A stretch of DNA of 64,000 nt from the human T2T-CHM13v2.0 reference genome, Homo sapiens. The stretch lies in assembly GCF_009914755.1 (NCBI RefSeq), contig NC_060941.1; one strand, written 5' to 3'. Every line of letters starts with the position of its first letter. Position 1 is the first letter of the stretch. The translations under genes and the position numbers were made by a program. Shown piece by piece: positions 40,803 through 55,335 of the stretch. The notes beneath the pieces were generated by a model. The model was not told the DNA's origin. It made no database searches and saw only the letters and a list, made by a program, of their open reading frames with translations.

Positions 40803-43036
40803 AAGTTCCTTGTTTTACGTTTTAGATCCCACAAATAAGTGAGAACATGCAAAGTTTGTCTTTCTGTAAGTGGCTTATTTCACTTAACATAATAACCTCC
40901 AGTTCTGTCCATGTTGTTGCAAATGACAGGATATTATTCTTTCTTTTTATGGCTAAATAGTACTCCATTGCGTATATATACCATATTTTCTTTATCCATT
41001 CATCTGTTGATGGGTCCTTAGGTTGCTTCCACATCTTGGCTATTGTGAATAATGCTGCAATAAACATGGGAGTGCAGATATCTCTTTGATATACTGATTT
41101 CCTTTCTTTCGAGTATATACCTAGCAGGGGAATTGCTGGATCATACGGTAGCTCTAGTTGTAGTTTTTTCAGGAACCTCCAAATTGTTCTCCATAGTGGT
41201 TGTATTAATTTACATTCCCACCAATAGTGTATGAGGGTTCCCTTTTCTCCACATCCTTGCCATCGTTTGCTATTACCTGTCTTTTGGATAAAAGCCTTTT
41301 TTTAAACTTGAGGGAGATGATATCTCATTGTAGTTTTGATTTTCATTTCTGTAATGATTATTGATGTTGAGCACATTTTTGTATACTTGTTTGCCATTTG
41401 TATGTCTTTTGAGAAAATCTATTCATATCTTTTGCCCATTTTAAAATAGGATTGTTAGATTTTTTCCTGTTGAGTTGTTTGGGCTCTTTTCTAGTTGTTA
41501 ATCCCTTGTCAGATGGACAGTTTATAAATATTTTCTCCCAATCTTCGGGTTATCACTTTGTCGATTGTTTCCTTTGCTGTTCAAAATCTTTTTTAACTTG
41601 ACATGATCCCATTTGTCTATTTTTGCTTTGGCTGTCTGTGCTTGTAGGGTAATACTCAAGAAATCTTTGCCCAGTTTCAATGTTCAGGAGTTTCCCAAAA
41701 TGTTTTCTTGCAGTAGTTTCATAGTTGGAGATCTTAGATTTAAGTTTTTAATCCATTTTGATTTTATTTATGTGTATGGCGAGAGATAGGGGTCTATTTT
41801 TATTCTTCTGCATATGTATATCCAGTTTTCCCAGCACTAATTATTGAAGAGACTATGTTTCCCCAATATATGTTATTGACGTCTTTGTTGAAAATGAGTT
41901 CACTGTAGGTATGTAGATTTGTTTCTTGGTTCTCTGTTCTGTTCCATTGGTGTATGTGTCTGTTTTTATGCCAGTACCATGCTGTTTCAGTTACTATACC
42001 TCTGTAGTATAATTTGAAGTCAGGTAATGTGATTCCTCCAGGTTTTTTTTTTTTTTTCTTTTTGCTCAGGATAGCTTTGGTTATTCTGGGTCTTTTGTGG
42101 CTCTATATACATTTTAGGATTTTTTTTTCTATTTCTGTAAAGAATGTCATAGGTATTTTGATAGGGATTGCATTCAATCTGTAGATTGCTTAGGGTAGTA
42201 TAGACATTTTAACAATATTGATTCTACCAATCCATAAACATGGAATATCTTTCTATTTTCTTGTGTCCTCTTCAGTTTCTTTTTATCAGTGTTTTGTAGT
42301 TTGCATTGTAGAGATCTTTCACTTTTTTTGTTAATCGCTAGTTATTTATTTGTAGCTATTGTAAGTGGGATTACTTTGTAAATTTCTTTTTCAGATTGTT
42401 CACATTTGGCATGTAGAAATGCTACTGATTGTTGTATGTTGATTTTGTATCCTGCAACCTTACTGAATTTGTTTATCAGTTCTGTTAGTTTTTTGGTGGA
42501 GTCTTTAGGTTTTTCTGAATATAAGATCATATGATCTGCAAACGAGGCTCATTTGACTTTTTCTTTTCGAATTTGGATGCCTTTTATTTCCTGTCTGATT
42601 GCTCTGGCTAGGACTTCCGGTACTTTGTTGAATAACAGTGATTAAAGTAGGCATCCTTGTCTTGTTCCATATCTTGGCAGAAAGGCTTTCTGTTTTTCCC
42701 TGTTCAGTAAGATACTAGCTGTGGGTCCATTGTACATGGCTTTTCTTCTATGGAGGTATTTTCCTTCTATACTCAGTTTTTTAAGAGTTTTTATTATGAA
42801 GTAATGTTGAATTTTTATCATATGTATTTCCAGCATCAGTTGAAATGATTATATGGTTTTTATCCATTATTCTCTTGATAGAACATGTCACATTGATTTG
42901 TGTATGTTATACTGTCCTTGCATACCTGGGATAAATTCCACTTGGTTGTGATTTTTTTTTTTGATGTGTTGTTGAATTTGGTTTACTAGTATTTTGTTGA
43001 GGATTTTTACATCAATGTTCACCTGGAATATTGGCC

Positions 43037-43128
43037 TCTAGTCTAGTCTAGTCTAGTCTTGTCTTGTCTTGTCTTTTCTTTTCTTTCCTTTTCTTTTCTT
43101 TTTCTTTTTTTTTTTTTTTTTTTTTTTA
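43037..43128 (+). repeat. Compound microsatellite (CTAGT)n-(CTTGT)n-(CTTTT)n-Tn
   Basis: Direct reading. Confidence 0.9.
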
Positions 43129-44194
43129 TGTATGTGTTTGGTTTTGGTTTCAGAGTAATAAAAGCATTGTGGAATGAGGTTAGAAGTATTCCTTCCTCCT
43201 CTATTCTTCTCAATAGTTGGAGTAGGATTGGTATTAGTTCTTCTTTAGATATTTGGTAAAACATCTAAAATTAAGCAGTGAAGCCATTGGTCCTGGATTT
43301 TTCTTTGCTGGGAGACTTATTACATCTTCAGTCGCATTACTTGTTACTGGTTTATTCAGGTTTTGGATATTTTCATGATTCAATCTTGTTAGGTTGTACG
43401 TGTCTGGGAATTTATCCATTTCTTCTAGATTTTCCAACATATTGGCATATAATTGCTCATAGTAGCCTCTAATGATCCTTTGAATTTCTGTAGTATCAGT
43501 CATAATGTCTCCTTTTTCATCTCTGATTTTATTTGAGTCTTCTCTCTTTTTTTCTTAGTTCAGCTAATGATTTGTCAATTTTGTTTATCTTTTTAAAAAA
43601 CCAACTTTTCATTTTGTTAATCTTTTGTATTCTTCATTTCAGTTTTATTTATTTCTGCTTTGATCTTTATTATTTATCTTCTACTAATTTTGGGATTGGG
43701 TTCCTCTTGCTTTTCTATTTCTTTAAGATGCATTGTTAGATTGTTTATTTGAAGTTTTCCTTTTTTTTTATTTAGGTGCTTATAACTATAAACTTCCCTC
43801 TTAGTACTGCTTTTACTGTATCCATATATATATTTTCATGTTAAGTTTCATTCACAAATATCTTTATTCTACTGTGCTTTTTCTCTTGTCTGGATTTTTT
43901 AAAACACTATTTGACAATTGTTTTAGGTGGTGGAAAATTAATTTAGTCAGTGTAGAAAACTTAAGTATCTGTGAGCTGCCTTCCTTTTAGAGGCTATGCT
44001 TAAAAATGCTTATAACAGTATCAAATTTTCCTTAGCTTTCTTTAATTTTTTTCTGAAATAAGTAAGTGGAGATATTTTTGCTCAAGTTGTCACCAGTTGA
44101 CTGATATTGAGATAAAGGTAGTAAATTCAATTTGCTAATTCAGAAATACTGGAGATTCTTTATTCACTGTATGATAAGTGTCATACAAATTAAC

Positions 44195-44402
44195 TTTCCC
44201 TGGCTCAGGTCTGTGGCTCACCACTTGTTTTTTGTAAATAAAGTTGTTTTTTTTTTTTTTTAACATAACTGCACTCATTTACATATGTTCTATGACTGCT
44301 TTGACAGTCCAAGAGTAGAGCTGAGTAACTGCAACAGACAGTGGAGCTTTTACATCCTACAAGGCCATATGGCCTCTTACAGAAAAAGCTTGCAGATACA
44401 TG
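44195..44402 (-). mobile_element. MER58A-like MITE
   Basis: ttgttttttgtaaataaagt...gagtaactgcaacagaca...ttacagaaaaagcttgc. Confidence 0.7.
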
Positions 44403-44737
44403 AGCCACTGCAGATACATGAATTATTGTTGTTATCAGTTATGTGTGTGTGTTGGGGGGCAAAGGGCATTGAGTGTTTTAAGATCTTCTTTCTTTGCATT
44501 TCACCTCTCTTCAGGATCCTGTATCCCTGACTATTGAAGTAACATTCTACCTAATGGAGTTTTGATCAACAGTCATTGTGAAATGCATCTGTAGAGTAAA
44601 TTTTTATTTATTACCTGATCTTAGGTACATTTGGTAATGAGGCAATCATTTATATTCATATTTGGTGATGTGTGATACTCTTAGAAAAATCCAAGTAGTT
44701 TGAGACATTTTTGTATCTTTTCTTATCTCATTTCTAG

Positions 44738-45142
<405 letters not shown>

Positions 45143-45417
45143 TAAATAATTTAATAAATTGGAGCCAGTATAGTAATGGTGATCTTTACCATGCTATTTT
45201 AACTCCCTGTTTCAATATATAAGGGATATTTGGTATCATATTTATGGAATATAAAACTTGGAACTATTTTTATAACTTCAGAGAACTGAACATCCTTTTT
45301 ACTTATCTCTTCCAGAACATTCTATGTTCAATGGGACACTATAGTTTATTAAGAAATATTCATTGTTGGAAAGAAATAGTCATGGGTAATGTGTATTTTA
45401 GATAGAGCAGCATTTGC

Positions 45418-45712
<295 letters not shown>

Positions 45713-45759
45713 TGCATTTTATTTTAAAATGGGATTGGCGGGATTTCTGCTGTGTATCT

Positions 45760-46895
45760 CAGTAATTTATCTTAGAGCAAGTAGCTGTGTAACCATCATC
45801 CCAATCAATAAATGGAACATTATTGGAATCTCTCTTTTGCATACCTTCTCCATAACATTAAACCACAATTCTCATTTTTATGGTAACCACTTCTTTACTT
45901 TTTAGAATATTTCTACTCCTAAGCAAGTGTCCTTAAACACTATTGTTTCCATTTTATGTAAATGGAATTGTAGAGTATGTATATTTTGATATCTTTGGCT
46001 TCTTTAACATTATATTTGTGAGATTCAGTTATGTTGTTGCAGGTAGGTTTAGTTCATTTATTTACAGCTCTCATTTATTCCATTGTACTTCTGTTTATTT
46101 ATCCTTTCTACTACTGCTGATGTACATTGCATGGTTTCAGGTTTGGGGATAATATGTATACTAATTTTTGAGTGGAAATTCTTGATCATAACGTAGTTGA
46201 ATCTTAACCTTGATAAATAACACTGGAGTGGTTGTACCGTTTCATTCTCACTAGAACGACAGAAAACGTTGACATTAGATCACCTTTTCTGGAGCATTGC
46301 AGATTTCCCTTGATGGGTGACCATTTTAGGTTTTCAAGATTGGGGAATCTTATATAGAGAGATTGTGGTTACCACAGAAAGTCATTGTTATTTTATTAAT
46401 TGACCTGAAATTCACATAACGTAATATTCACCATGTAAATGTGACAGTACATTCATGATGTTGTGCCACCACAACCTGTTTACAAAACATTTTCCTCACT
46501 CCAAAAGGAAACCACATATTCTTTAAGCACTTACTCCTCATTCTTCTTTCTCCTAATCCCCTAGCAAACACCACTCTCTGCTTTGTAGACTGTTACTTGT
46601 CCTGTATATTTTATATAAATATAATTATAGAATATATGACCTTTTGTTTCTGCCTTCTTTCATTTAGTATAATGTTTTTGAAGTTCATCCACATTGTAGT
46701 ATATATTAACACTTCACTCCTTTTTATGGGTAAATTATATTCCATTGTAGGAATGTAACGCAATTGATCTGTTCATTCACTGAGGTACATTTGGGTTGTT
46801 TCTACCTTTTGGTTATTGTGAATAGTGCTATTATGAATATGTGTGTACGTGTATTTGAGTACTTCTATGTAATTCTTTTGAGTATGTACCTATCC
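45760..46895 (-). mobile_element. L1ME- and L1MB-type 3' fragments
   Basis: ttttatgtaaatggaat, gaaattcacataac and ggttattgtgaatagtgct. Confidence 0.6.
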
Positions 46896-46954
46896 TAATT
46901 TGTTTCAGCTTCTGTACTGACCACATTACACATTCTTTCGTAGTATCCGATGAC

Positions 46955-46955
<1 letters not shown>

Positions 46956-47001
<46 letters not shown>
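46956..47001 (+). repeat. (CA)~22 microsatellite
   Basis: Direct reading. Confidence 0.95.
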
Positions 47002-47006
<5 letters not shown>

Positions 47007-47224
47007 GGAAGCTTAAAGATAGACTGAAAAAATATAGGTAAATGTTTTCCTCGGGACTTTTGTAACTCAAAAAAATGGGACCTCTTTTTACTCCTGAGAT
47101 CATACTTTATGCTTTGGTTCTATTATTTTTAATGAGAATGATTGTTATTCATGTGTATTTAATTTAACTAGTGACCCATGATATTTAAGGTTGAAAGTTT
47201 TTAGAATCAGCTCTAGATGCAAAA

Positions 47225-47460
47225 GGTCATTGGGAGCTAAACATTGAGTATACATGGACATAAAGATGGGAATAGTAGACACTGGGGACTCCTGGAGGGA
47301 GGACAGTGGGAGGGGGTGAGGGTTGAAAAACTACCTGTTGGGTACTACGCTCACTACGTGTGACAGGATCATTTGTACACCAAACCTCAGGGACATGCAG
47401 TTTACCCATGTAACAAACTTGCACATGTGCCCCCGAACATAAAATAAAAATTGAAAAACA
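47225..47460 (+). mobile_element. Short sense-strand old L1PA (15/16-like) 3' end
   Basis: gggagctaaacattgagtatacatggaca...aacaaacttgcacatgt...aaaataaaa. Confidence 0.8.
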
Positions 47461-48759
47461 ATGCTTATATTTCAAAAAAGTATATAGAATTTTTATAAAA
47501 TAAAATTTAGAAAGCTATGAGATATTGATATTTTCAGCTATTTGCTAGACATTTTATTTCAGACTTAGTTACATTTTTTGGTGTTAGTGTTAAAATTGTG
47601 TTTTCTATGTAGATGTGTAGTATAGGTTCTTTGGGGGCTTTTCTTTTTGTGTCAAATGTTTTTCATAACATAAAATTTTAGCAAAATCTTTTGGCAAAGA
47701 GATTCACTGTACACATGGAGCAGCTAGGTCAATAAGAGAAACCACAGATGTATTAGTAAATTAAGAAGGCTTTGTGATCCCTACATTTATATGTCTTTGG
47801 AAGATATTTCCTTGAGCTTCTTTTTTGTTCTTATTCTTGCTTCTTTATACAGCAAACCACATAAGAGGTTTTTGTGTTAAGATTCAAGCATAATGTGCAC
47901 AAAAGATTGTGGGCATTCCTACCCTCATAGATCTTGTATTCCACGGGAAAAGACAGATATTAAATGACTGTGAACAAATACCTTTCAATATACTTTTGTT
48001 GAAGGTTGCAAAGTGCCAGTCAATGAAGGATTTCATCATTTGTGAAAGGACAGTAGTTAAAGAGCAATACTACTAGATTTCCAAGTCAAAATATATTGTT
48101 TTCTCTCAGCTTTATTGCTTTCATGTCTCTCTGCATGTTTTTTTCAGAAATCTCAAAGAGGAGAATCCACACTGTTCGACTATGCTGCTGTACTTAAGAT
48201 TTTCTTTTGAAAGCAAGGAATTTCAGGCAGCCTATTCCTCCTGATAGATAACACGTGTTAAAATTTTATTTCCAGAATTTCCGTCTATTACTCTGTGTAG
48301 TTTTTCTCATTTTTGAAGCATGGACTTTAGAGTGATGGTCATTTTTCTTCATGTTTTTTTGTATCTTACATGTCATAACAAAATGGGCATTGTTGGTTAG
48401 TTCTAAAAATGATGTATTTACAGTTTGTGTGGGTAAACAGTCTGATGCTGGTCAAAAACAATGTAAACCATTGAACAGGGAGGGATTCATCTTGAAAATG
48501 AATCATGTTTTGGCGGTATTACCGTTGTTTGTCTGTGCTCTTTTTAGCCAAGTAAAGGAAACTGTTAAATAACAGTTGATATAGGGGTATTTCCTTTTTA
48601 CTCTTTGGACCCAATCCAGTTTAGGTTAGGATTATTTTATCTATTTGCCAATTTTTTTAACTTTCCAGAGGATGTTTATTTATTTGAAATATATTCTTTA
48701 TAAATATCTCTTCCATTTCCTATCTTGTTGCCTGAACATCCACTTAGTCTACTTGAGGA

Positions 48760-49232
48760 CTTCTTGTGATCCATGAACAGGATAGGAAAAAAATTTACAT
48801 CTTTATATTCACTATCCTTTAACCAAAAGTAAGCATTTCCTTTTTGTTATGAACATGGAAAATACATGACAAAAACATTAACAGTGCTTGTGACACTGTT
48901 ACCAATAGAAAATGCAGAATTACTCATATCACTTTATATATGAAATATATATCTTGAAGTATCTTGCATTATTGAATATATTTTAAAATATTGTTTTTAC
49001 TCATCACTACTTTGAAATTATGATTATATAATATTTTAGTATTAATTGATTATATACATTACTATAACACTTTATTTTTAATATATTGATAACTGTACTT
49101 CAGTATAGTTCATTTTCTTTGTAATTATATGTCTTTTTCCCATGGCTTGTAAGTATTATTCTGGGAAACATTCCTCAGGCTTCCCCAGACTGTCCAAATA
49201 GTCTGTGATACAAAAATGGTTAAGAATCCCTG
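48760..49232. mobile_element. hAT DNA transposon fossil (MER119-like)
   Basis: aaaatttacatctttatattcacta, accaatagaaa and ggcttccccagactg...ggttaagaatccctg. Confidence 0.55.
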
Positions 49233-49690
49233 ATCATCATTTTTTCCCTCATCTATATCAGTAATTTCTAACAATTTTTTACTATCACAAGCACTTCCTT
49301 GTGGAATGTTAGCTATAAATATGATCTGCCAATTTTCTGCTTAAGATCTTTGTGTCTCACCATATTCCTAGAAGGTTAGAAAATGTCCTATCTTATTTCC
49401 AGCTTCTTGTCTAACCATACCTAGATTTCTGTACCCTTCCCTGAATATGCCACATGTATTTATTTTTTGATAACTTTCCTATTTGCAACTTTTCTTTATT
49501 TGACATTATTATTGCCTCTTTGAATGCCTACTAAGCAAGCTAAAATATTACTGCCTCTCTTAAGCCTTCTTTTGATTTTTATCATCTTTTTCAACCTTGG
49601 TATTGGTATGCTCTGCATACTTTTATCATATTATAATATGCAGGTTATTCATTGACATGTCTGGGCTTCCTATTAGATTGACTTCTGTGA

Positions 49691-50366
<676 letters not shown>

Positions 50367-50509
50367 AGTTTCTAAGGCTTTAAACCAGAGTTTTAAAACA
50401 TCTTTAGAAGTTGTTCTAAGAAAAACAATTTAGATTTAAATAATTACTTGTTAGAATGAAGAGCTTTTTATTCATAGTAACAACTTAAAAAAACATCTCC
50501 AAGGTGTAG

Positions 50510-52200
50510 TCATTTGATCAACAACATTAATTAGTGTTTATTGTGTCCAGGCACTGTTCTGAGTTTAGGAATTTAGCAGTGAACAAAAGAGAAACATGTC
50601 TGTGTTCCCATGGAGCCACAGAGAAAAATGAGGGAAGGGGAATAGGGAATGCCTAGGGAGGATTGCAATTTGAAATTAGTATGCTTCCCATAGGCCTTGC
50701 TGAGATGATGACATCTGAGCAAAGATCTGGTGGAAGTAAGAGAGAAATTCATATAGAACAGCCTGTGTAAAATCCTGAGGTGGGAGTGTGCCTGGCATGT
50801 TCAAGGAATGATAAAGAGACCAGTGTGGCTGAAGCACATGGTGTAAGGTGTATAATAGGTGATGAGATCGGAGAGGTAATGAGGGCAGATGATTGTTAGC
50901 CTTTCACTCAGCATGAGATGGAGGGGGGCTCTGGAGGGCATTGAGAATAAGAGTGACATGATAATACTGTGTTTTGGCAGGACTAGAATGGAGATCTGTA
51001 TTGAGAACACAGTCTGTACGTGGACATGGGTGGAAACTTAGTTGAGACCAGTTAGGAGAGTATTGCAAAAAATCAGGCAAGAAAAGATGAGGTTTGGAGT
51101 AAGTTGTTTATAGTGAAGACTGTGAGAAGTCATTGGATTCTTGATATATTTTTTATGGTATGGCGATCAGAATTTCTGGTACATTTTATGTCAAGTATGA
51201 AAGAAGAGATGAGTCAAGATGACTAGTAAGACTTTTAACCTAAACATCTAGAAGGATAGGGTTGGTGTCAATTGAAATGAAGAATGTTGTGGATAAAGCA
51301 GGTTTTGGGATGGGGACAGGATCAGGAATTTTGGACATGTTAAGTTTAATATGATGTCTTTTTGACCTCCTACTGATGGTAAGTAGGTAGTTGGTTACAT
51401 GAGTCTGGAGTTCAGTGGAAAGCAGTCATTTATGTAGGGATAAATGTTTGCAATGCATAGATGGTAGCTGAAACAAAAATGAGATGAGATCACCTTGTAG
51501 GTAAGTGAGTATAAAAAAGAGATGTCCCAGGACTGAGCCCTGGGGCCCTCTGACATTAAGTAGCCAGTGACATACAAAGCAAAACTATATATGAGAAATC
51601 CTAGAGGCCAAGTGAATTAATTCTTTTAGAGAGAAGGGAATGATTAATGTGTTAAATTCTACTGACAGATCAATGAAGAACTGAGAAAAATAAGACTATT
51701 AAAATTAGTAATGTAGAAGTGTGATCCCCAACCTTTTTGGCACCAAGGACCGGTTTTGTGGAAGACAGTTTTTCCATGGGCCAGTGTGGGGAGGGGTGGG
51801 AGGTTTTGGGATTAAACGGTTCCATCTGAGATCACCGGGCATGAATTAGATTCTCATAAGGAGTGTGCAACCTAGATCTTTGCATGTGTAGTTCACAACA
51901 GGGTCTGTGCTCTGATGAGAATCTAATGCTGCTGCTGATCTGACAGGAGGTGAGCTCAGGTGGTAATGCCAGCTTGACAGCCACTTACCTCCTGCTCTGC
52001 AGCCTGGTTTCGTACAGGCCACAGACCGGTACCAGTCCACCACCTGGGAGTTGGGAACCCCTTGTGTAAAAGACATATGTCTTTGATAAGAATACTTTTG
52101 GTGGCATGGTAAGTTCCTGGTCCCAGTGGATTTTAGTAAGAATAGGAAAAGACAGTGTCGACAAGTCTTTCAGGGAGGATTGATGTAAGGGGAAGCAGGA
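50510..52200 (-). mobile_element. L2 (L2a-like) fragment interrupted by MER1
   Basis: L2 3' end ccaggcactgttct...cagtgaacaaaa, gagaccagtgtggctgaag and ggactgagccctgggg. Confidence 0.75.
51717..52063 (+). mobile_element. MER1B-like hAT-Charlie element
   Basis: ccccaacctttttggcacca...ttagattctcataaggag...gttgggaacccct. Confidence 0.85.
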
Positions 52201-52619
52201 ACATTTAGAGGAGACAGAGGATGTTGCTTCTTTTATCATAAGGAAATGGGTAGTGAGGATGGGTGCAGGTATTGGAGCTTTGAGGAGAAAGGCAAAGGTA
52301 AGAAATAGTCCTCTAGGAGAATAGGCATTCCTTTCACCAGTTAGTAAATTTTTGTTGAATGAATAAAGCATATCTTCCACCGTTATTTGTGCCCTAAGTA
52401 AATTTAATTACATATCTTTGCTTTCCAGCTTCAATACCATGTTTCTACACCTAAGTTACTTTCTCCCTACTTCTTCAGGTACACATTCAACCCCATCTTT
52501 AAAGGCCAGCTTGTGATGTACTTTCTCTCTCTAAAAATAGTGTTGAATTTCATATATTTGCTCCTTCTGTAAACCCTTTATCTGTACTGATTGTTTTCCA
52601 CTTTCTGCCTATTATTATT

Positions 52620-55070
52620 GGTTTTTAAATTTTAGATTAAGAGTGTACATGTGCAGATTCGTTACATGGGTATATTGCATGATGCTGAGGTTGGACTTCC
52701 ATTGATTCCGTCACCCACATAGTGAACATAGTACCCAACTGGTGGTTTTTCAACCTCCCCACCCTTTTCCTCCCCACTTTTGAATCCCTAATGTCTATTG
52801 TTCCCATCTTTGTGTCTGTATACACCCAATGTTTAGCTCCCACTTATAAGTGAAAACATGACATATTTGGTTTTCTGTTTCTGTGTTAATTTACTTAGGA
52901 TAACGACCTCCAGCAGCACCTATGTTGCTGCAAAGGACACGATTTTATTCTTTTTTTATGGCTGCATAGTATTCCGTCGTACATATGTAGCACATTTAAA
53001 CAATCTAATCCACCATTGATAGGCACTTTGGTTGATTGCATGTCTTTGCTATTGTGAATAGAACTGCGATGAACATATAAGTGCATGTGTTTTTTTTGTA
53101 AGAATGATTTATTTTCTTTTGGGCATATACCCAGTAGTGGGATTTCTGTGTCAGATGGTAATTCTATTTTTAGTTCTTTATGGAATCTCCAAATTGCTTT
53201 CCACAGGGACTGAACTAGTTTCCATTTCCACCAACAGTGCATAAGTATTCTATTTTCTCTGCAGCCTCACCAACATCTGTTGTTTTTTGACTTTTTACTA
53301 ATAGCCATTCTGACTGGTGTGAGATGGTACCTTATTGTAGCATCTGTCTGATGATTAGTGATAAGCATTTTTATATGTGTATTGGCCATTGTATGTCTTC
53401 TTTTGAGAAGTGTCTGTTCATGTCTAAATGACCCTTTTAATGGGGTCATTTGTTTTTTGCTTGCTGATTTAAACTTCTTATAGATTTGGGATATTAGTCC
53501 TTTGTTCAGATACATAGTTTGTAGTATTTTTTTCCCATTCTGTAGATTGTCTGTTTACTCTGTTGATAGTCAGAAGCTCTTTAGTTTAATTAGGTCCCAG
53601 TTGTCAATTTTTTTTGTTGCATTTGCTTTTGAGGGCTTAGTCATAAATTCTTTGCTCAAGCCAGTGTCCAGAAGAGTTTTTCCTGGGTTTTCTTCTAGAA
53701 TTTTTATAGTTTCAGGTCTTACATTTAAGTCTCTAATCCATCTTGAGTTAATTTTTGTATGTGGTGAGTAGGTAGGAGCCTAGCTTAATTCTTCTGTGTG
53801 TATATAGTTAGCCAGTTTCTCCACATCATTTATTGAATAGTTATATCCTTTCCCCATTGTTTATTTTTGTCGACTTTGTCGAAGAATATCAGGTGGTTGT
53901 AGGAGTGCAGCTTTATTTCAGAGTTCTCTGTTCTTTTCCATTGGTCTATGTGTCTTATTTTTGCACCAATACTATCCTGTTTTTGTTACCATAGCCTTGT
54001 AGTACAGTTTGAAATGTGATGTCTCAGGTCAGGCGCGGTGGCTCACGCCTGTAATCCCAGCACTTTGGGAGATGAAGGCGGATGGATCATGAGGTCAGAA
54101 GTTCGAGACCAGCCTGGCCAACGTGGTGAAACCCCGTCTCTACTAAAGAGACAAAAAAAATTAGCTGGGTGTGGTGGTGTGCACCTGTAATCCCAGCTAC
54201 TCAGGAGGCTGAGGCAGGAGAATCACCTGAACCCGCGAGCTGAATGTTGCAGTGAGCTGAATGTTGCAGTGAGCCATTGCACTCCAGCCTGGGCGACAGG
54301 GTGAGACTGTGTCTCAAAAAAAAAAAAAAAAAAGAAAAAGAAAAAGAAATGTGATGTCTTAGGCTTTGTTCTTTTGGCTTAGGATTGCTTTGGCTATTTG
54401 GGCTCTTTTTTGATTCCACATGAATTTTAGAATAGTTTTTTCTAATTCTGTGAAAAGATGACATTAGTAATTTGGTAGGAATAGTATTGAATCTTTAGAT
54501 TACTTTGGGTGATAATGGACATTTTAACAATATTGATTCTTCCAATCCATGGGCATGGAATGCTTTTCCATTTGCTGGTGTCATGTGTGATTTCTTTCAG
54601 CAGTGTTTTGTAGTTGTCCTTGTAGAGGTCTTTCACCTTCTTGCTTAGACGTATTTCTAGGTATTTTATGGATTTTTTTGTGGCTTTTCTTAAAGGGATT
54701 GCGTTCTTTATTTGGTTTTCAGCTTGAATATTATTGTTGTCTAGAAATGCTACTGATTTTTGTATCCTGAAACTTTACTGAAGTAATTTATCAGGTTAAG
54801 GAGTCTTTAGAGTTTTCTAGGTATAGAATCATATTGTTGGTAAAGAGAGATAATTTGACTTTCTCTTTTCCCATTTAATGCCTTTTATTTATTTCTGTTA
54901 CCTAATCACTTCAGCTATGACTTATAGTAGTACTATGTTGAATAGGAGTGGTGAGAGTAGACATCTTTGTCTTGTTCCAGTTCTTGAGGAGGAATACTTC
55001 CAGCTTCTGCCCATTCAGTATGATGTTGGCTATGAGTTTGTTGTAGATGACTCTTACTATTTTGAGTCTA
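52620..55070 (-). mobile_element. 5'-truncated old L1PA (15/16-like)
   Basis: 3' UTR gtacatgtgcagattcgttacatggg; ORF2 remnants [10 protein letters not shown] and [10 protein letters not shown]. Confidence 0.85.
54027..54345 (+). mobile_element. AluS (sense) with a 17-nt internal tandem duplication
   Basis: TSD gaaatgtgatgtct; gagctgaatgttgcagt occurs twice at 54237-54270. Confidence 0.92.
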
Positions 55071-55129
55071 CTTTTATTTTTGATGCTACTGATTACTAAG
55101 TTAAAACTTTCTTGGTGAGGAAATTGGAG

Positions 55130-55335
55130 GACCTGGAATCAGACTTCCTGGTGGTAGAATCTATCTTCCATGATTTCCTAACTCTGTAATCTTAGACAAA
55201 TTATTTATTCTATCTGTACCTCACTTTTCTTTCTGTAAAATTGGAATAATAATATTACCAATCTTATAGAGTAACTATGAGAATCAGAGCCCTTTAAATA
55301 GTGTTTGGCACATATCAAATATTCAGTAGAGGATT
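55130..55335 (+). mobile_element. MIR
   Basis: ctctgtaatcttagacaaattattt...ttctgtaaaattggaataataa. Confidence 0.7.
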
